Of a DNA stretch of 64,000 nucleotides, positions 30,348-39,532 are shown piece after piece. A model generated the notes under the pieces. That model was not told where the DNA came from. It did not search any database and worked only from the letters and a program-made list of their open reading frames with translations. Within the stretch, counting starts at the first letter, position 1; every line of letters starts with the position of its first letter. The position numbers were made by a program, and so were the translations under genes. Source of the stretch: Humibacter sp. (GTDB lineage Bacteria; Actinomycetota; Actinomycetes; Actinomycetales; Microbacteriaceae); contig DATMTS010000093.1 in NCBI GenBank assembly GCA_035564555.1, positions 19,314-83,313 of the forward strand, read 5' to 3'.

Positions 30348-30408
30348 GCGGTTCCGCGGTTCCGCGGTTCCGCGGTTCCCGGGCCGGGGGCGGGGGCGGG
30401 GGCGTGGC
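30348..30408. repeat. Tandem octamer (GCGGTTCC)x4 followed by (CGGGGG)x3-4, in the upstream region of the CNNM operon
   Basis: Read directly: four exact 8-mers at 30348-30379, then CCGGGGGCGGGGGCGGGGGCG up to about 30408. A TATACT -10-like hexamer (minus strand, about 30309-30314) lies just downstream. Confidence 0.85.
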
Positions 30409-30467
30409 GAGTACTACCGCCCGGTCGTGATGGGGCTGCTACGGGAGGAGCGGACCGATCGGGCGCC

Positions 30468-31907
30468 CTACCAGCTGACCGGCAGGGCTTTTCCTTCTTC
30501 GTAACCGGCGGCCGACTGGATGCCGACCAGTGCGCGACCGTGGAACTCGGTCACCGATCTCGCTCCGGCGTACGTGAACGAACTTCGCACCCCGGTGGTG
30601 ATCATGTCGAGCAGGTCCTCGACGCTCGGCCGCAGCGGATCGAGATAGATCTTCGAACTCGAGATCCCCTCGGCGAACAGTTCTTTACGCGCCCGGTCGT
30701 ACGGGTCGAGGCGGTCGAAGCGCTCGCGCACCGCCTTGGTCGACGCCATCCCCCAGCTCTCCTTGTACAGCCGACCGGCGGCATCGGCCTTCAACGTGCC
30801 GGGGGCCTCGATCGTGCCGGCGAACCACGACCCGATCATCACGGATGCCGCACCCGCGGCGAGCGCGAGCGCCACGTCGCGCGGGTAACGCACTCCGCCG
30901 TCCGCCCAGACGTGGGCGCCGAGCTCCCGCGCGGTCTCACTGGTCTCCAGCACCGCGGAGAACTGCGGACGGCCGACCGCGGTCATCATGCGGGTCGTGC
31001 ACATCGCCCCTGGGCCCACGCCCACCTTGAGGATGTCGGCGCCTACGGCGACCAGATCCCGCACCGCTTGTTCCGTGACGACATTGCCCGCGACGATAGG
31101 CAGCCCGAGCCCGGCGCGCTTGACCGCACGGATCGCGCGGCGCATGCCGTCTTGATCGCCGTGCGCGGTGTCGATCACGAGAACGTCGACCCCGGCCGCG
31201 GCCAGAGCACGCGCCCTGCTCGCGACGTCTCCGTTGATGCCGATGGCCGCGGCGACCCGCAGCCGCCCGTCATCGTCGAGCGCCGGGGCGTAGATCGTCG
31301 ACCGCAGTGCGCTCGTGCGGCTGAGCGTTCCGATCACGATGCCGTGTCGCAGCACGGGGGCGAACTCGAGGCCGGCGGCCGTCATCAGGTCGAAGGCCGC
31401 GCGTCCGTCGGGCACGTCGTCGGCGTCGAGCGAAGTGAGGCTGCCGTGCAGCAGGTCGCCGAGCCGGGCGTCGGGCAACGCCGTCGCGAGCCGGTCGGCG
31501 GCGATGCAACCGGCGTAACGGTCGTTCTCGTCGTGCAGCACCACGCCGTGGCCTGGCATCGCGGGAACGAGTTCGAGCGCGTCGGCGACCGTCGCGTCCG
31601 GGCCGAGTATCACCGGCGTGTCGTAGGCGACCGGCTGATCCTTGACCCATCGGATTGCCTCGTCGAGGTCTTGCAGGTGCATGTCCTGCGGCAGCACGCC
31701 GAGGCCACCGCGACGGGCCAGCGTCGCGGCGAGCCGCTTGCCGGTGACGGAGTTCATGTTCGCGGAGACGATCGGGGTCGTCGCTCCGGTCCCGTCGCCT
31801 GGGCTGAGGGACACGTCGAGCCGGCTGGTCACTGCCGAACGACTGGGGACCAGGAACACGTCGGAGTAGGTCAGGTCGTGGGTCGGAGCGGTGCCGTAGA
31901 ACTGCAT
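30468..31907 (-). CDS. guaB1: GuaB1-family IMP dehydrogenase-related protein (GMP reductase in mycobacteria)
   Basis: IMPDH/GMPR TIM barrel with inserted CBS pair. Catalytic loop VGVGPGAMCTTR. Same neighbourhood (guaB1 followed by two CBS/DUF21 genes) as M. tuberculosis Rv1843c-Rv1841c. Confidence 0.8.
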   Translation of the reverse strand: MQFYGTAPTHDLTYSDVFLVPSRSAVTSRLDVSLSPGDGTGATTPIVSANMNSVTGKRLAATLARRGGLGVLPQDMHLQDLDEAIRWVKDQPVAYDTPVILGPDATVADALELVPAMPGHGVVLHDENDRYAGCIAADRLATALPDARLGDLLHGSLTSLDADDVPDGRAAFDLMTAAGLEFAPVLRHGIVIGTLSRTSALRSTIYAPALDDDGRLRVAAAIGINGDVASRARALAAAGVDVLVIDTAHGDQDGMRRAIRAVKRAGLGLPIVAGNVVTEQAVRDLVAVGADILKVGVGPGAMCTTRMMTAVGRPQFSAVLETSETARELGAHVWADGGVRYPRDVALALAAGAASVMIGSWFAGTIEAPGTLKADAAGRLYKESWGMASTKAVRERFDRLDPYDRARKELFAEGISSSKIYLDPLRPSVEDLLDMITTGVRSSFTYAGARSVTEFHGRALVGIQSAAGYEEGKALPVSW

Positions 31908-32042
31908 GCCCCCACGGTATCTCCGACCGCCGTCTGACAGCGAGCACAGGGGGGAAAGGTTAGGCTTGACAACTGGACGGACCCGCCGAGCGTATGCCGA
32001 GCGGAATAAGACGACATCGATGGAGAGAGTAGGCGATCGACT

Positions 32043-35000
32043 GTGTCGAGCCAGTTGACGGGGGCCGGCACCGAGGACGGCACCTCGGGCGAATTCGGAG
32101 CCAATGAGTGGCTCGTCGACGAACTGTACGAACAGTTCGTGGCGGACAAGAATTCAGTCGACAAGTCCTGGTGGCCGATCCTCGAGAACTACCACCCGCA
32201 GGTCAAGACTCCGGTGACGATCGCCGAGCAGGCGCCCGCGGCGCCCGCCGGGCAGGCTTCCGAAGCGCCGGCCGAGCAGGCATCCGAAGCGCCGGCGCAA
32301 TCTTCCGCACCCGCCGCGCAGAAGACGGAGCAGACGGCTGAGCAGCCCGCCCAGGCCTCGGCACCCCAGCCGGTTCTGGGCGCGCAGCCCGTGGCGCGCA
32401 CCACGTCAGCGGCGCCGCTGCCGCAGCCCGTGCCCGCCGATGCCCCGATCACCGCGCCGCAGCCCGTTGTGCAGCAAGAGACCCCCGAGGCGGAGCAGGC
32501 GAAAGACGTCGTCAGCCCGTTGCGCGGGATGGCGAAGTCGCTGGCCACCAACATGGACGCCAGCCTCACTGTGCCGACGGCGACGAGCGTGCGCACGATT
32601 CCGGCGAAGCTGATGATCGACAACCGCATCGTGATCAACAATCATCTGCAGCGTGCGCGCGGCGGCAAGATCAGCTTCACGCACCTGATCGGCTGGGCGC
32701 TGATCCAGGCGCTCAAGGAATTCCCCAGCCAGAACGTCTTCTACGACGTCGTCGACGGCAAGCCGTCGGTCGTCTCGCCCGCGCACGTCGGCTTGGGCAT
32801 CGCGATCGACATGCCGAAGCCGGATGGCAGCCGGGCCCTGCTCGTGCCGGCGATCAAACGCGCCGACACCATGACCTTCGGCGACTACCTCGCGGCATAC
32901 GAAGACCTGGTCAAGCGGGCGCGCGGCAACAAGCTCACCGCTGACGACTTCGCCGGTTCCACGGTGTCGCTCACCAACCCCGGCGGCATCGGCACGGTTC
33001 ACTCCGTGCCGCGCCTGATGAAGGGGCAGGGCTGCATCATCGGCGCCGGCGCCCTCGAGTATCCGGCGGAGTTCCAGGGCTCGAGCGTGAAGACGCTCAC
33101 GGGCCTCGGGATCGGCAAGACCATCACGCTGACCAGCACCTACGACCACCGCGTGATCCAGGGCGCGGGAAGCGGCGAGTTCCTCAAGATCGTGCATGAG
33201 ATGCTGATCGGCGGCCGGCACTTCTACGAGGACATCTTCGCCGCGCTGCGCATCCCGTACGACCCGATCCACTGGGCTCCGGACATCAGCGTCGACCTCG
33301 CCAGCGCCGTCGACAAGACCGCGCGGGTGCAGGAGCTGATCAATTCGTTCCGCGTGCGCGGGCACCTGATGGCCGACATCGACCCGCTCGAATACGTGCA
33401 GCGCTCGCACCCCGATCTGGACATCGCCACGCACGGCCTGACGTTCTGGGATCTCGATCGCGAATTCGTCACCGGCCAGTTCGGCGGAGACAAGCGTCAG
33501 ATGCTGCTGCGCGACATCCTCGGGGTGCTGCGGGATTCTTACTGCCGCACCATCGGCATCGAGTACATGCACATCCAAGACCCGGTGCAGCGCAAGTGGA
33601 TTCAGAACAAGGTGGAGCGGCCGTACGCCAAGCCGACCCACGACGAGCAGTTGCGCATCATGGCCAAGCTCAACGAGGCCGAAGCCTTCGAGACCTTCCT
33701 GCAGACCAAGTACGTCGGTCAGAAGAGGTTCAGCCTCGAAGGCGGCGAATCGCTGATCGCCCTGCTCGACACCATCCTGCAAGGGGCGGCGGAGGCCGGA
33801 ATGGACGAGGTCGCGATCGGCATGGCGCACCGCGGCCGGCTCAACGTGCTGACGAACATCGCGGGCAAGACGTACGGCCAGATCTTCCGCGAGTTCGAGG
33901 GGACACAAGACACCCGCAGCGCCGGCGGCTCCGGGGACGTCAAGTACCACCTGGGCACCGAGGGCACGTTCAAGGGCGCCGACGGCGAGGAGATCCCGGT
34001 CTACCTCGCGGCGAACCCCTCTCACCTGGAGGCCGTCAACGGTGTGCTCGAGGGCATCGTGCGGGCCAAGCAGGACCGCAGGCCGGTCGGCACCTTCCTG
34101 ACGTTGCCGCTCGTCGTGCACGGCGATGCGGCCATGGCCGGGCAGGGAATCGTCGCAGAGACGCTGCAGATGTCGCAGTTGCGCGCGTACCGCACCGGGG
34201 GCACCATCCACGTCAACATCAACAACCAGGTCGGGTTCACCACGCTGCCGCGCGACGCGCGCAGCTCGGTGTACTCGACCGATGTGGCCAAGACGATCCA
34301 GGCCCCGATCTTCCACGTCAACGGCGACGACCCGGAAGCCGTCGTGCGAGTGGCCGAACTGGCTTTCGCGTATCGCCAGGAGTTCAAGCGCGACGTCGTG
34401 ATCGACCTGGTCTGCTACCGTCGACGCGGTCACAACGAGGGCGACGACCCCTCGATGACGCAGCCGCTGATGTACAACCTGATCGAAGCGAAGCGTTCTG
34501 TGCGCCGCCTGTACACCGAGGCGCTCGTCGGCCGCGGCGACATCACGCAGGAGGAGTACGAGCAGGCGCATCGCGACTTCCAGGACCGCCTGGAGCGTGC
34601 GTTCGCCGAGACGCACGCGGCGCAGACCGGTGCCATCCCGGTGGTCACCGGTGACTCCGGCGCCGTCGCGGATCTCGAGCGCCCGCAGGCGCAGCAGCAG
34701 GACGCCTCGGGAGAGCTGGAGACGACGGGCGTCTCGGAGGCGGTCGTGCACACCGTGGGCGACGCGTTCGGCAACAAGCCGGCCGGCTTCACGGTGCACC
34801 CGAAGCTGCAGCAGTTGCTGAACAAGCGGGTCGACATGAGCCGCAACGGCAACATCGACTGGGCGTTCGGCGAGTTGCTCGCACTCGGTTCGCTGCTGCT
34901 GGAGGGCACGCCGGTGCGCATGGCCGGACAGGACACCAGGCGCGGCACGTTCGTGCAGCGGCACGCGGTGCTGCACGACCGCGTGAACGGCCAGGAATGG

Positions 35001-35873
35001 CTGCCGCTGGCGAACCTGAGCGACAGCCAGGCGCGGTTCTGGATGTACGACACCCTGCTCTCCGAGTACGCGGCGATGGGCTTCGAGTACGGCTACTCGG
35101 TGGAACGGGCGGACGCCCTGGTGCTGTGGGAGGCGCAGTTCGGCGACTTCGCCAACGGCGCGCAGATCGTCATCGACGAGTTCTTGTCGTCGGCCGAGCA
35201 GAAGTGGGGTCAGCGATCGTCGCTCGTGCTCGTGCTGCCGCACGGCTACGAGGGCGCCGGTCCCGATCACTCCTCGGCTCGCATCGAGCGTTACCTGCAG
35301 TTGTGCGCGGAGAACAACATGACCGTGGCCCGGCCCTCGACGCCGGCGTCGTATTTCCACCTGTTGCGGCGTCAGGCTTACGCCCGCCCGCGCAAGCCGC
35401 TGGTGGTGTTCACGCCGAAGGCCATGCTGCGCCTGCGCGCCGCGACCTCGCCCGTGCAGGACTTCACTTCCGGGCGTTTCGAGCCGGTGATCGACGATGT
35501 GCGCGGTCTGGACAAGTCCGCCGTCAAGCGGGTGCTCTTCATGGCGGGCAAGGTCTACTACGACCTCGCGGCCGAGTTGGAGAAGAAGCCCGACCCGCAG
35601 ATCGCGCTGGTGCGCGTCGAACAGTACTACCCGCTGCCGAAGGCCGAACTCAAGGCCGTGGTGGATTCCTACCCGAACGCCCAGCTGTTCTGGGTTCAGG
35701 ATGAACCGGAGAATCAGGGCGCCTGGCCGTACATCATCCTGGAGACCTCGAAGATGGGCCCACGTCCGCTCGGCGTGTTCTCCCGCGCGGCATCAGCATC
35801 GCCTGCTGCCGGCTCCGCGAAGCGGCATGCAGCCGAGCAGGCGGAACTGGTCAAGTCGGCCTTGACGCTGTAG
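32043..35873 (+). CDS. kgd: Multifunctional 2-oxoglutarate decarboxylase/dehydrogenase E1 with fused E2-like acyltransferase domain
   Basis: 1276 aa. N-terminal Ala/Pro/Gln linker, succinyltransferase-like core (YDHRVIQGA), ThDP-dependent E1 (GMAHRGRLNVL, GDAAMAGQG, YCRTIGIEYMH). Actinobacterial Kgd/OdhA architecture. Confidence 0.93.
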   Translation: MSSQLTGAGTEDGTSGEFGANEWLVDELYEQFVADKNSVDKSWWPILENYHPQVKTPVTIAEQAPAAPAGQASEAPAEQASEAPAQSSAPAAQKTEQTAEQPAQASAPQPVLGAQPVARTTSAAPLPQPVPADAPITAPQPVVQQETPEAEQAKDVVSPLRGMAKSLATNMDASLTVPTATSVRTIPAKLMIDNRIVINNHLQRARGGKISFTHLIGWALIQALKEFPSQNVFYDVVDGKPSVVSPAHVGLGIAIDMPKPDGSRALLVPAIKRADTMTFGDYLAAYEDLVKRARGNKLTADDFAGSTVSLTNPGGIGTVHSVPRLMKGQGCIIGAGALEYPAEFQGSSVKTLTGLGIGKTITLTSTYDHRVIQGAGSGEFLKIVHEMLIGGRHFYEDIFAALRIPYDPIHWAPDISVDLASAVDKTARVQELINSFRVRGHLMADIDPLEYVQRSHPDLDIATHGLTFWDLDREFVTGQFGGDKRQMLLRDILGVLRDSYCRTIGIEYMHIQDPVQRKWIQNKVERPYAKPTHDEQLRIMAKLNEAEAFETFLQTKYVGQKRFSLEGGESLIALLDTILQGAAEAGMDEVAIGMAHRGRLNVLTNIAGKTYGQIFREFEGTQDTRSAGGSGDVKYHLGTEGTFKGADGEEIPVYLAANPSHLEAVNGVLEGIVRAKQDRRPVGTFLTLPLVVHGDAAMAGQGIVAETLQMSQLRAYRTGGTIHVNINNQVGFTTLPRDARSSVYSTDVAKTIQAPIFHVNGDDPEAVVRVAELAFAYRQEFKRDVVIDLVCYRRRGHNEGDDPSMTQPLMYNLIEAKRSVRRLYTEALVGRGDITQEEYEQAHRDFQDRLERAFAETHAAQTGAIPVVTGDSGAVADLERPQAQQQDASGELETTGVSEAVVHTVGDAFGNKPAGFTVHPKLQQLLNKRVDMSRNGNIDWAFGELLALGSLLLEGTPVRMAGQDTRRGTFVQRHAVLHDRVNGQEWLPLANLSDSQARFWMYDTLLSEYAAMGFEYGYSVERADALVLWEAQFGDFANGAQIVIDEFLSSAEQKWGQRSSLVLVLPHGYEGAGPDHSSARIERYLQLCAENNMTVARPSTPASYFHLLRRQAYARPRKPLVVFTPKAMLRLRAATSPVQDFTSGRFEPVIDDVRGLDKSAVKRVLFMAGKVYYDLAAELEKKPDPQIALVRVEQYYPLPKAELKAVVDSYPNAQLFWVQDEPENQGAWPYIILETSKMGPRPLGVFSRAASASPAAGSAKRHAAEQAELVKSALTL

Positions 35874-35891
35874 TGCGACTCTGACGCTGTC

Positions 35892-35922
35892 ATCCGGCGC
35901 TCGACGAGCGCGAGCGCCGGAT
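35892..35922. terminator. 12-bp perfect GC-rich hairpin between convergent kgd and rshA (putative bidirectional terminator)
   Basis: ATCCGGCGCTCG (35892-35903), loop ACGAGCG, CGAGCGCCGGAT (35911-35922). All 12 pairs checked by hand. Confidence 0.6.
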
Positions 35923-35927
35923 CGTGG

Positions 35928-36173
35928 CTAGGAGTGGGCGGCCTGGATGCTGCGGATCTTCTGCAGCACCTGGGCGCGCAGATCCTCGGGAGCGGTCTCC
36001 GAGCAGGCGCGCTGCACGACCTCGGTGAGCACGATGCCGACGTGGTGCTCGCCCGCGCAATCGGCGCAACTCTCCAGATGCTCTCGGATGTCGGTGGCAT
36101 CCTCCTTGCGCAACTCGTTGTGCAAGTACTCTTCGAGATCCTGTTTGGCCTTCTGGCAGCCGCAGTCCGTCAC
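35928..36173 (-). CDS. rshA: Zinc-associated anti-sigma factor (RshA/RsrA type)
   Basis: ZAS motif H-x3-C-x2-C (HLESCADC) plus N-terminal Cys pair (DCGC). GTGA start/stop overlap with sigH. Confidence 0.85.
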   Translation of the reverse strand: MTDCGCQKAKQDLEEYLHNELRKEDATDIREHLESCADCAGEHHVGIVLTEVVQRACSETAPEDLRAQVLQKIRSIQAAHS

Positions 36174-36763
36174 TTCGTGCTCCTGGTGTTCTGCACGGCG
36201 GTCAGCCCCCGCTCGTGCGCGTAGTCCGTCAGCAGTTCCCGCAACATCCGCCTGCCACGATGCAGACGGCTCATCACGGTGCCGATCGGGGTTTTCATGA
36301 TGTCGGCGATCTCCTGATAGGAGAATCCCTCGACGTCTGCGAAGTACACGGCCATCCTGAAGTCCTCCGGAATGGCCTGCAACGCGTCTTTCACCGCGCT
36401 GTCCGGCAGGTGATCGATCGCCTCCGCCTCCGCCGACCTGCTGGTCGATGAGGTGGTGGATTGTGCGCCGCCCAACTGCCAGTCTTCGAGGTCGTCGATA
36501 GCGCTCTGGTACGGCTCACGCTGCTTCTTGCGGTACGTGTTGATGAACGTGTTGGTCAGGATGCGATACAGCCACGCCTTGAGGTTGGTGCCCTGCTGGA
36601 ACTGGGCGAATGCGGCGTACGCCTTCACGAAGGTCTCCTGCACCAGATCCTGGGCGTCCGCGGGATTGCGCGTCATGCGCAGCGCAGCCGCGTACAGCTG
36701 GTCCATGAAGGGAAGCGCCTGCTCCTCGAAGAGCGGGCCGAGGTCGTCGGTCACGGTCGTCAT
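36170..36763 (-). CDS. sigH: ECF sigma factor SigH/SigR (thiol-oxidative stress)
   Basis: Short form from ATG 36763-36761 (MTTVTDD...). [27 protein letters not shown] and [21 protein letters not shown] closely resemble M. tuberculosis SigH regions 2.x, and [15 protein letters not shown] is region 4.2. An in-frame upstream ATG at 36865 would add 34 aa. Confidence 0.88.
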   Translation of the reverse strand: MTTVTDDLGPLFEEQALPFMDQLYAAALRMTRNPADAQDLVQETFVKAYAAFAQFQQGTNLKAWLYRILTNTFINTYRKKQREPYQSAIDDLEDWQLGGAQSTTSSTSRSAEAEAIDHLPDSAVKDALQAIPEDFRMAVYFADVEGFSYQEIADIMKTPIGTVMSRLHRGRRMLRELLTDYAHERGLTAVQNTRSTK

Positions 36764-36947
36764 CACCGGCCAGTCTAGTTCCGCAATCAGAGCGCGGTCC
36801 GATGCGCGGCCCAATGGGGTCGGAGCCTCCAGCAGCGCGGTTGCCAACGACGACTCCTTCCTCATTTCGTCACGATCGCCGAAAGCCGATGCATCGTCTT
36901 CACGATGTTCGATCCTCTGCTTTCGTTCGCGATCGCCGATACCCTGT

Positions 36948-36973
36948 AACCGATGCTCATCTCCAAATATTCC
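36948..36973 (-). promoter_or_regulatory. SigH/SigR-type promoter GGAAT-N18-GTT upstream of sigH
   Basis: The minus strand reads GGAAT ATTTGGAGATGAGCATCG GTT (36973 down to 36948). The spacer was counted as exactly 18 nt. It matches the published SigR (GGAAT-N18-GTT) and SigH (GGAA-N17-18-sGTT) consensus. Confidence 0.65.
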
Positions 36974-38314
36974 GCTCCAGACTTCGATCCGTACGGCGAC
37001 CGAGTGCGAGTCGAACCGGGTGCTGCCTGGCCGGCACCACTCGCGCACGGACCGCTGGCTGCCACGGTGTCGCTGCCGGGCTCGAAATCGCTGACGAACC
37101 GCGAACTGGTGTTGTCGGCGCTAGCCGACTCGCCGAGCCGGTTGCGCGCGCCGCTGCACTCCCGGGACAGCTCGAACATGGTGCAGGCGTTGCGGCAGCT
37201 GGGCGCGCGCATCGACGAGGTCGACGGCGACGGCGTCTTCGGTCCCGACTGGCTGATCACGCCGAGCGAGCCGATCGGCAGCACGACGATCGAGTGCGGT
37301 CTGGCCGGCACCGTGATGCGCTTCGTGCCGCCGGTCGCCGCCCTGGCGCTCGGGCCGACCACCTTCGACGCCGATGCCTCCGCCCGTGGCCGCCCGATGG
37401 GCACGATGATCACGGCACTGCGCGCCCTGGGCGTCGATCTCAACGACGACGGACGCGGCGGCCTGCCCTTCACCATCCACGGAACCGGCCGGGTGCGTGG
37501 CGGGGACCTGACGATCGACGCCTCGAGCTCAAGCCAATTCGTCTCGGGTCTCCTGCTCTCGGGAGCCCGTTTCGAGGATGGCCTGCGGCTCCGCCACGAC
37601 GGCGAGCGCCTGCCCTCGCTGCCGCACATCGAGATGACCATCGCCGCACTCGCGGCCCGTGGGGTGCCGGTCGAGACGCCCGCCATCGGCGAGTGGCATC
37701 TCACCCCCGGCCCGATCGACGCCCGAGACGTGTCCATCGAACCGGACCTTTCGAACGCCGCACCTTTCCTCGCGGCCGCGCTCATCGCCGGCGGTAGCGT
37801 CACGGTTACCGGATGGCCCGAATCCACGACCCAGGTGGGCGCCGATCTGATCGAGGTGCTACCCCGGTTCGGAGCGATCGTGCGGCGCGACGGCGACCGG
37901 CTCTGCGTCAGCGCGCCGGACGGCATCCGGGCGGCAGACGTCGACCTGACCACGGGGGGCGAGCTGGCGCCGACCATCGTCGCACTCGCCGCCTTCGCGG
38001 ATGGACCGAGCGAGATCATCGGGATCGGTCACATCCGTCACCACGAGACCGACCGACTGGCTGCACTGGCCGCGGAGTTCAACGGGCTCGGAGGCCAGGT
38101 CGAAGAACTCCCCGACGGGCTGCGCATCACGCCGCGCCCGCTCACCGGGGGGCTCTGGCGCAGCTATCACGATCACCGGATGGCCACCACCGGCGCCCTG
38201 GTCGGCCTCGTGGTGCCCGGCGTGGAGATCGAGAACGTCGAGACGACGGCGAAGACGCTCCCACAGTTCACCGAGCTCTGGCATGCGATGCTGACCGGAG
38301 CCGACGCAGCGTGA
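36953..38314 (+). CDS. aroA: 3-phosphoshikimate 1-carboxyvinyltransferase (EPSP synthase)
   Basis: [10 protein letters not shown] motif and two-lobe EPSPS fold sequence through [12 protein letters not shown]. The start may be further downstream (for example the GTG near 37003). Confidence 0.92.
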   Translation: MLISKYSAPDFDPYGDRVRVEPGAAWPAPLAHGPLAATVSLPGSKSLTNRELVLSALADSPSRLRAPLHSRDSSNMVQALRQLGARIDEVDGDGVFGPDWLITPSEPIGSTTIECGLAGTVMRFVPPVAALALGPTTFDADASARGRPMGTMITALRALGVDLNDDGRGGLPFTIHGTGRVRGGDLTIDASSSSQFVSGLLLSGARFEDGLRLRHDGERLPSLPHIEMTIAALAARGVPVETPAIGEWHLTPGPIDARDVSIEPDLSNAAPFLAAALIAGGSVTVTGWPESTTQVGADLIEVLPRFGAIVRRDGDRLCVSAPDGIRAADVDLTTGGELAPTIVALAAFADGPSEIIGIGHIRHHETDRLAALAAEFNGLGGQVEELPDGLRITPRPLTGGLWRSYHDHRMATTGALVGLVVPGVEIENVETTAKTLPQFTELWHAMLTGADAA

Positions 38315-39375
38315 GCTGGTGGGCCGACGAGCCGGACGACGAGGCCGCGTACGAGCAGTACGACGAGTCGTCGGTGCGGATCAGGCCCAACCCCAAGGGG
38401 AATCGCCCGCGCACCAAGATCCGCCCCGAGCACGAAGACGCCGTCATCGCCCGCGTGCTGGGAGTGGATCGGGGGCGGTACACCGTGCTCGTCGGCGAAG
38501 GCACGCCCAACGAGCGACAGGTGACGGCAGCGCGTGCGCGGGAACTGCGCAGGCAGGCCATCGTGACCGGCGACCGCGTCGACCTGGTCGGCGACGCGAG
38601 CGGCGGCGAGGGCACGCTGGCCCGCATCGTCCGCATCAGGGAACGCACGACGCTGCTGCGGCGCAGTGCCGACGACACCGACGAGGTCGAGCGCGTCATC
38701 GTGGCGAACGCGGACCAGATGCTGATCGTCGTCGCGGCGGCCGATCCGGAACCGCGCACCCGGCTCGTCGACCGGTACCTCGTCGCGGCCTATGACGCCG
38801 GCATCGCCCCGATGCTGTGCATCACGAAGACCGATCTCGCCGACCCGGAGCCGTTCCTCGCGAACTTCGCCGGCCTCGATCTACCGCTGTTCCGCAGCTC
38901 CCAGGACGCCGTTCCGCTCGATCGTCTCTCGGCCGCGCTGGCCGCGCACGACACGGTCACCGTCGGGCACTCGGGTGTCGGCAAGTCGACCCTCGTCAAT
39001 GCACTCGTACCCGGCGCGGATCGCGCGATCGGCAGAGTCAACGCCGTCACCGGCCGCGGCAGGCACACCTCGTCGTCGACCGTCTCGCTGCGGATGAGGA
39101 GTCCGCACGGCGAGGGGTGGGTGATCGACACGCCAGGGGTCAGGTCGTTCGGTCTCGGCCATGTCGACCCGGCGAACATCCTGCGCGCCTTCACCGATCT
39201 GGATGCCATCGCGCTGCGTTGCCCACGCGGGTGCACGCACCTGCCCGACTCGCCGGACTGCGCCATCAACGAAGCGGTGCAGGCGGGCGAACTCGGACCA
39301 ACCGGTGAGGCCAGGCTCAATTCGCTTCACCGCCTCCTGCAGACCAACATCCGTGCCCGCCCCCCGGCCGATTGA
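38311..39375 (+). CDS. rsgA: Ribosome small-subunit-dependent GTPase A
   Basis: GTG 38311 overlaps the aroA stop (GTGA). Circularly permuted GTPase: G4 TKTD before G1 GHSGVGKST. C-terminal zinc knuckle CPRGCTHLPDSPDC. Confidence 0.9.
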   Translation: MSWWADEPDDEAAYEQYDESSVRIRPNPKGNRPRTKIRPEHEDAVIARVLGVDRGRYTVLVGEGTPNERQVTAARARELRRQAIVTGDRVDLVGDASGGEGTLARIVRIRERTTLLRRSADDTDEVERVIVANADQMLIVVAAADPEPRTRLVDRYLVAAYDAGIAPMLCITKTDLADPEPFLANFAGLDLPLFRSSQDAVPLDRLSAALAAHDTVTVGHSGVGKSTLVNALVPGADRAIGRVNAVTGRGRHTSSSTVSLRMRSPHGEGWVIDTPGVRSFGLGHVDPANILRAFTDLDAIALRCPRGCTHLPDSPDCAINEAVQAGELGPTGEARLNSLHRLLQTNIRARPPAD

Positions 39376-39532
39376 GCAGCGGACCACGCCTGACCACACC
39401 CGTCTCAAAATCAGGTGACATGGCCTGCCGAGTGGATTATCCGGTCGACAGCGCGTCTCACCTGAATTCGATGCGGGGTCAAGCGGTGCGAGTCGCTATC
39501 GTTATGGCAGCCGAACGGAAGGAGGCCCTGGG

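Noticed and set aside
11985-30408. Tandem repeats at 11985-12026 and 30348-30408 as CRISPR arrays
   Set aside because: The units are 21 and 8 nt with no spacers. There are no cas genes in the window.
32253-32300. 24-nt tandem duplication inside kgd (QASEAPAE QASEAPAQ)
   Set aside because: It is a coding low-complexity Ala/Pro/Gln linker, typical of Kgd/OdhA N-termini, not a separate element.
32406-35360. 984-aa minus-strand ORF opposite kgd
   Set aside because: It lies wholly inside the well-supported kgd CDS. It has shadow-frame composition (R, G, V, D, H, L-rich) and no motifs.
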